A DNA stretch of 64,000 nucleotides from contig CM059432.1 of NCBI GenBank assembly GCA_030390025.1, positions 35,156,001 through 35,220,000 of the forward strand, in the 5' to 3' direction. The stretch's first letter is position 1. Every line of letters starts with the position of its first letter. This DNA is from Squalus acanthias. Its lineage: Eukaryota. Shown here in pieces: positions 62,176-64,000 of this stretch. The position numbers and the translations under genes were made by a program. A model generated the notes under the pieces. The model saw nothing but the letters and a program-made list of their open reading frames with translations, searched no databases and was not told where the DNA came from.

Positions 62176-62404
62176 GTATTATTGAGTTGTTGGGTGTGTT
62201 TTGCTACCAATGAAGATGATCACTTAAAGGGAACATTGCTGGTGACCAATCTGCTCTCAGGAGGTGGGTCGGTCAGTAAAAGCTTTTAAGGAGGCTGTGT
62301 ACCTCCATTTTAACAGGATTTTTATTTTTAACCCATGGAAGCTGGGTTTCCCAGCGTTCAGGAAACCCGGCAGGTAAAATGAGGCAGGTGGGGCCGGATC
62401 CATG

Positions 62405-64000
62405 ATTTATCCAATTCCCTTTTGAAAGTTATTTATCCAATTCCCTTTTGAAAGTTACTATTGAATCTGCTTCCACCTTTCAGGTAGTGCATTCCAGATC
62501 ACAACTCGCTGCGTAAAAAAAAATCCTCATGTTCTTTTGCCAATCACCTACAATCTGTGTCCTCTGGTAACCAACCCATCTGCCACTAGAAACAGTTTAT
62601 CCTTATCTACTCTATCAAAACCGTTAGTGATTTTGAACACCTCTATCAAATCTCCTCTTAATCTTCTCTGCTCTAAGGAGAACAGCTTCTCGTCTCTCCA
62701 CATAACTGAAGTCCCTCATCATCCTAGTAAATCTCTTCTGCACCCTCTCTAAGGCCTTGATATCCTTCCTAAAGTGTAGTGCCCAGTATTGAACACAATA
62801 TTCCAGTTAAGGCCTAACCAGTGTTTTATGAAGGCTTGAACATAACTTCTTTGCTTTTGTACCCTATGCCTCTACTAATAAAGCCAAAGATCCTATATGC
62901 TTTTTTTAAAAAAAAGACAGCCATCTCAATTTGTTCTGCCACCTTCAAAGATTTGTGTACATACACCCCAGGTCTCTCTGTTCATGCACCCCTTCTAAAT
63001 GTACCATTTAGTTTCTATTGCCTCTCCTCATTCTTCCTACCAAAATGTATCACTTCACACTTCTCTGCATTAGGTTTCGTCTGCCATGTGTCTGCCCATT
63101 TCACCAATCTGTCTATGTCCTCCTGAAGTCTGTTATTATCTTCCCCATTGTTGACTACATTTCAGAATTTCTGTAAATTTTGAAATTATGCCCTGCATAC
63201 CCAAGTCCAGGTCATTAATATAGATCAAAAAGAGAAGCGGTCCTAATACTGACCCCTGGTGGACACCACTGTATACCACTGAAGGTGGTGAGCCGCCTTC
63301 TTGAACCGCTGCAGTCCGTGTGGTGAAGGTATTCCCACAACGCTGTTAGGTAGGGAGTTCCAGGATTTTGATCCAGCGACGATGAAGGAACAGCGATATA
63401 CTTCTAAGTCAGGATGGTGTGTGACTTGTATTTGTATTTGCTGGCAGCTTCTTTCCCATGTGTGTTTTTTGAGGTTGTAACTAGCAGCATAGATAAGGGG
63501 GAACAAGTGAATGTGGTGTATTTGGATTTTCAGAAGCCATTCGATAAGGTGCCACACAATAAGTTATTAAACAAAATTAGGGCTCATGTGATTGGGGGTA
63601 ATATACTAGTATGGATTGAGGATTGATTAAAGGACAGAAACAGAGTAGGAATAAACGGGTCATTTTCGGGTTGGCAGGCTGTAACTAGTGGGGTACCGCA
63701 AGGATCAGTGCTTGGGCCTCAGCTATTCACAATCTATATCAATGATTTGGATGAGGGCACCAAATACAATATATCCAAGTTTGCTGATGATACAAAGCTA
63801 GGTGGGAATGTAAGTCGTGAAGAGGATGCAAAGAGGCTTCAAGGGGGTATAGACAGGCTAGGGTATAGACAGGCTAAGTGAGTGGGCAAGAACATGGCAA
63901 ATGCAATATAATGTGGAGAAATGTGAAGTTATCCACTTTGGTAGGAAAAATAGAAAAGCAGATTATTTTTTAAATGGTGAGAGATTGAGAAATGTTGGTG
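62405..64000. mobile_element. LINE fragments: CR1 (-) 62405-63280, second-family LINE (-) 63281-63428, CR1 (+) 63465-64000
   Basis: CR1 C-terminal and RT motifs ([45 protein letters not shown]). Confidence 0.8.

Overview
Vertebrate genomic DNA, almost certainly from a cartilaginous fish (shark-type CR1 and L2 LINEs, Deu-domain SINEs, Penelope-like elements, Harbinger elements and MITEs, one Gypsy LTR element); most of the window is nested transposon debris. The only host genes are two tandem minus-strand actin genes about 40 kb apart that share an unusual intron-poor structure (one coding intron after the HQ of codon 41, then a single 1005-nt exon). One (join 59321-59196, 52254-51250; 376 aa) is a cytoplasmic-type actin about 95% identical to beta-actin with an MGDDEI N-terminus. 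The other (join 16969-16862, 12280-11276; 370 aa) is an intact but strongly remodelled actin: no acidic N-terminus, Q137T and H161Y at the ATP-hydrolysis site, and paired loss of filament salt-bridge residues, yet its 3' end is near-identical in DNA to the paralogue (likely gene conversion). Other highlights: minimal hammerhead ribozymes in Penelope termini (including a tandem/inverted unit just upstream of the divergent actin), a 60-bp copy of actin exon sequence inside an intronic LINE, and an in-frame CR1-RT/Penelope GIY-YIG fusion ORF made by nested insertion. All alignments and counts were done by eye; family names come from recalled consensus sequences, not database searches.
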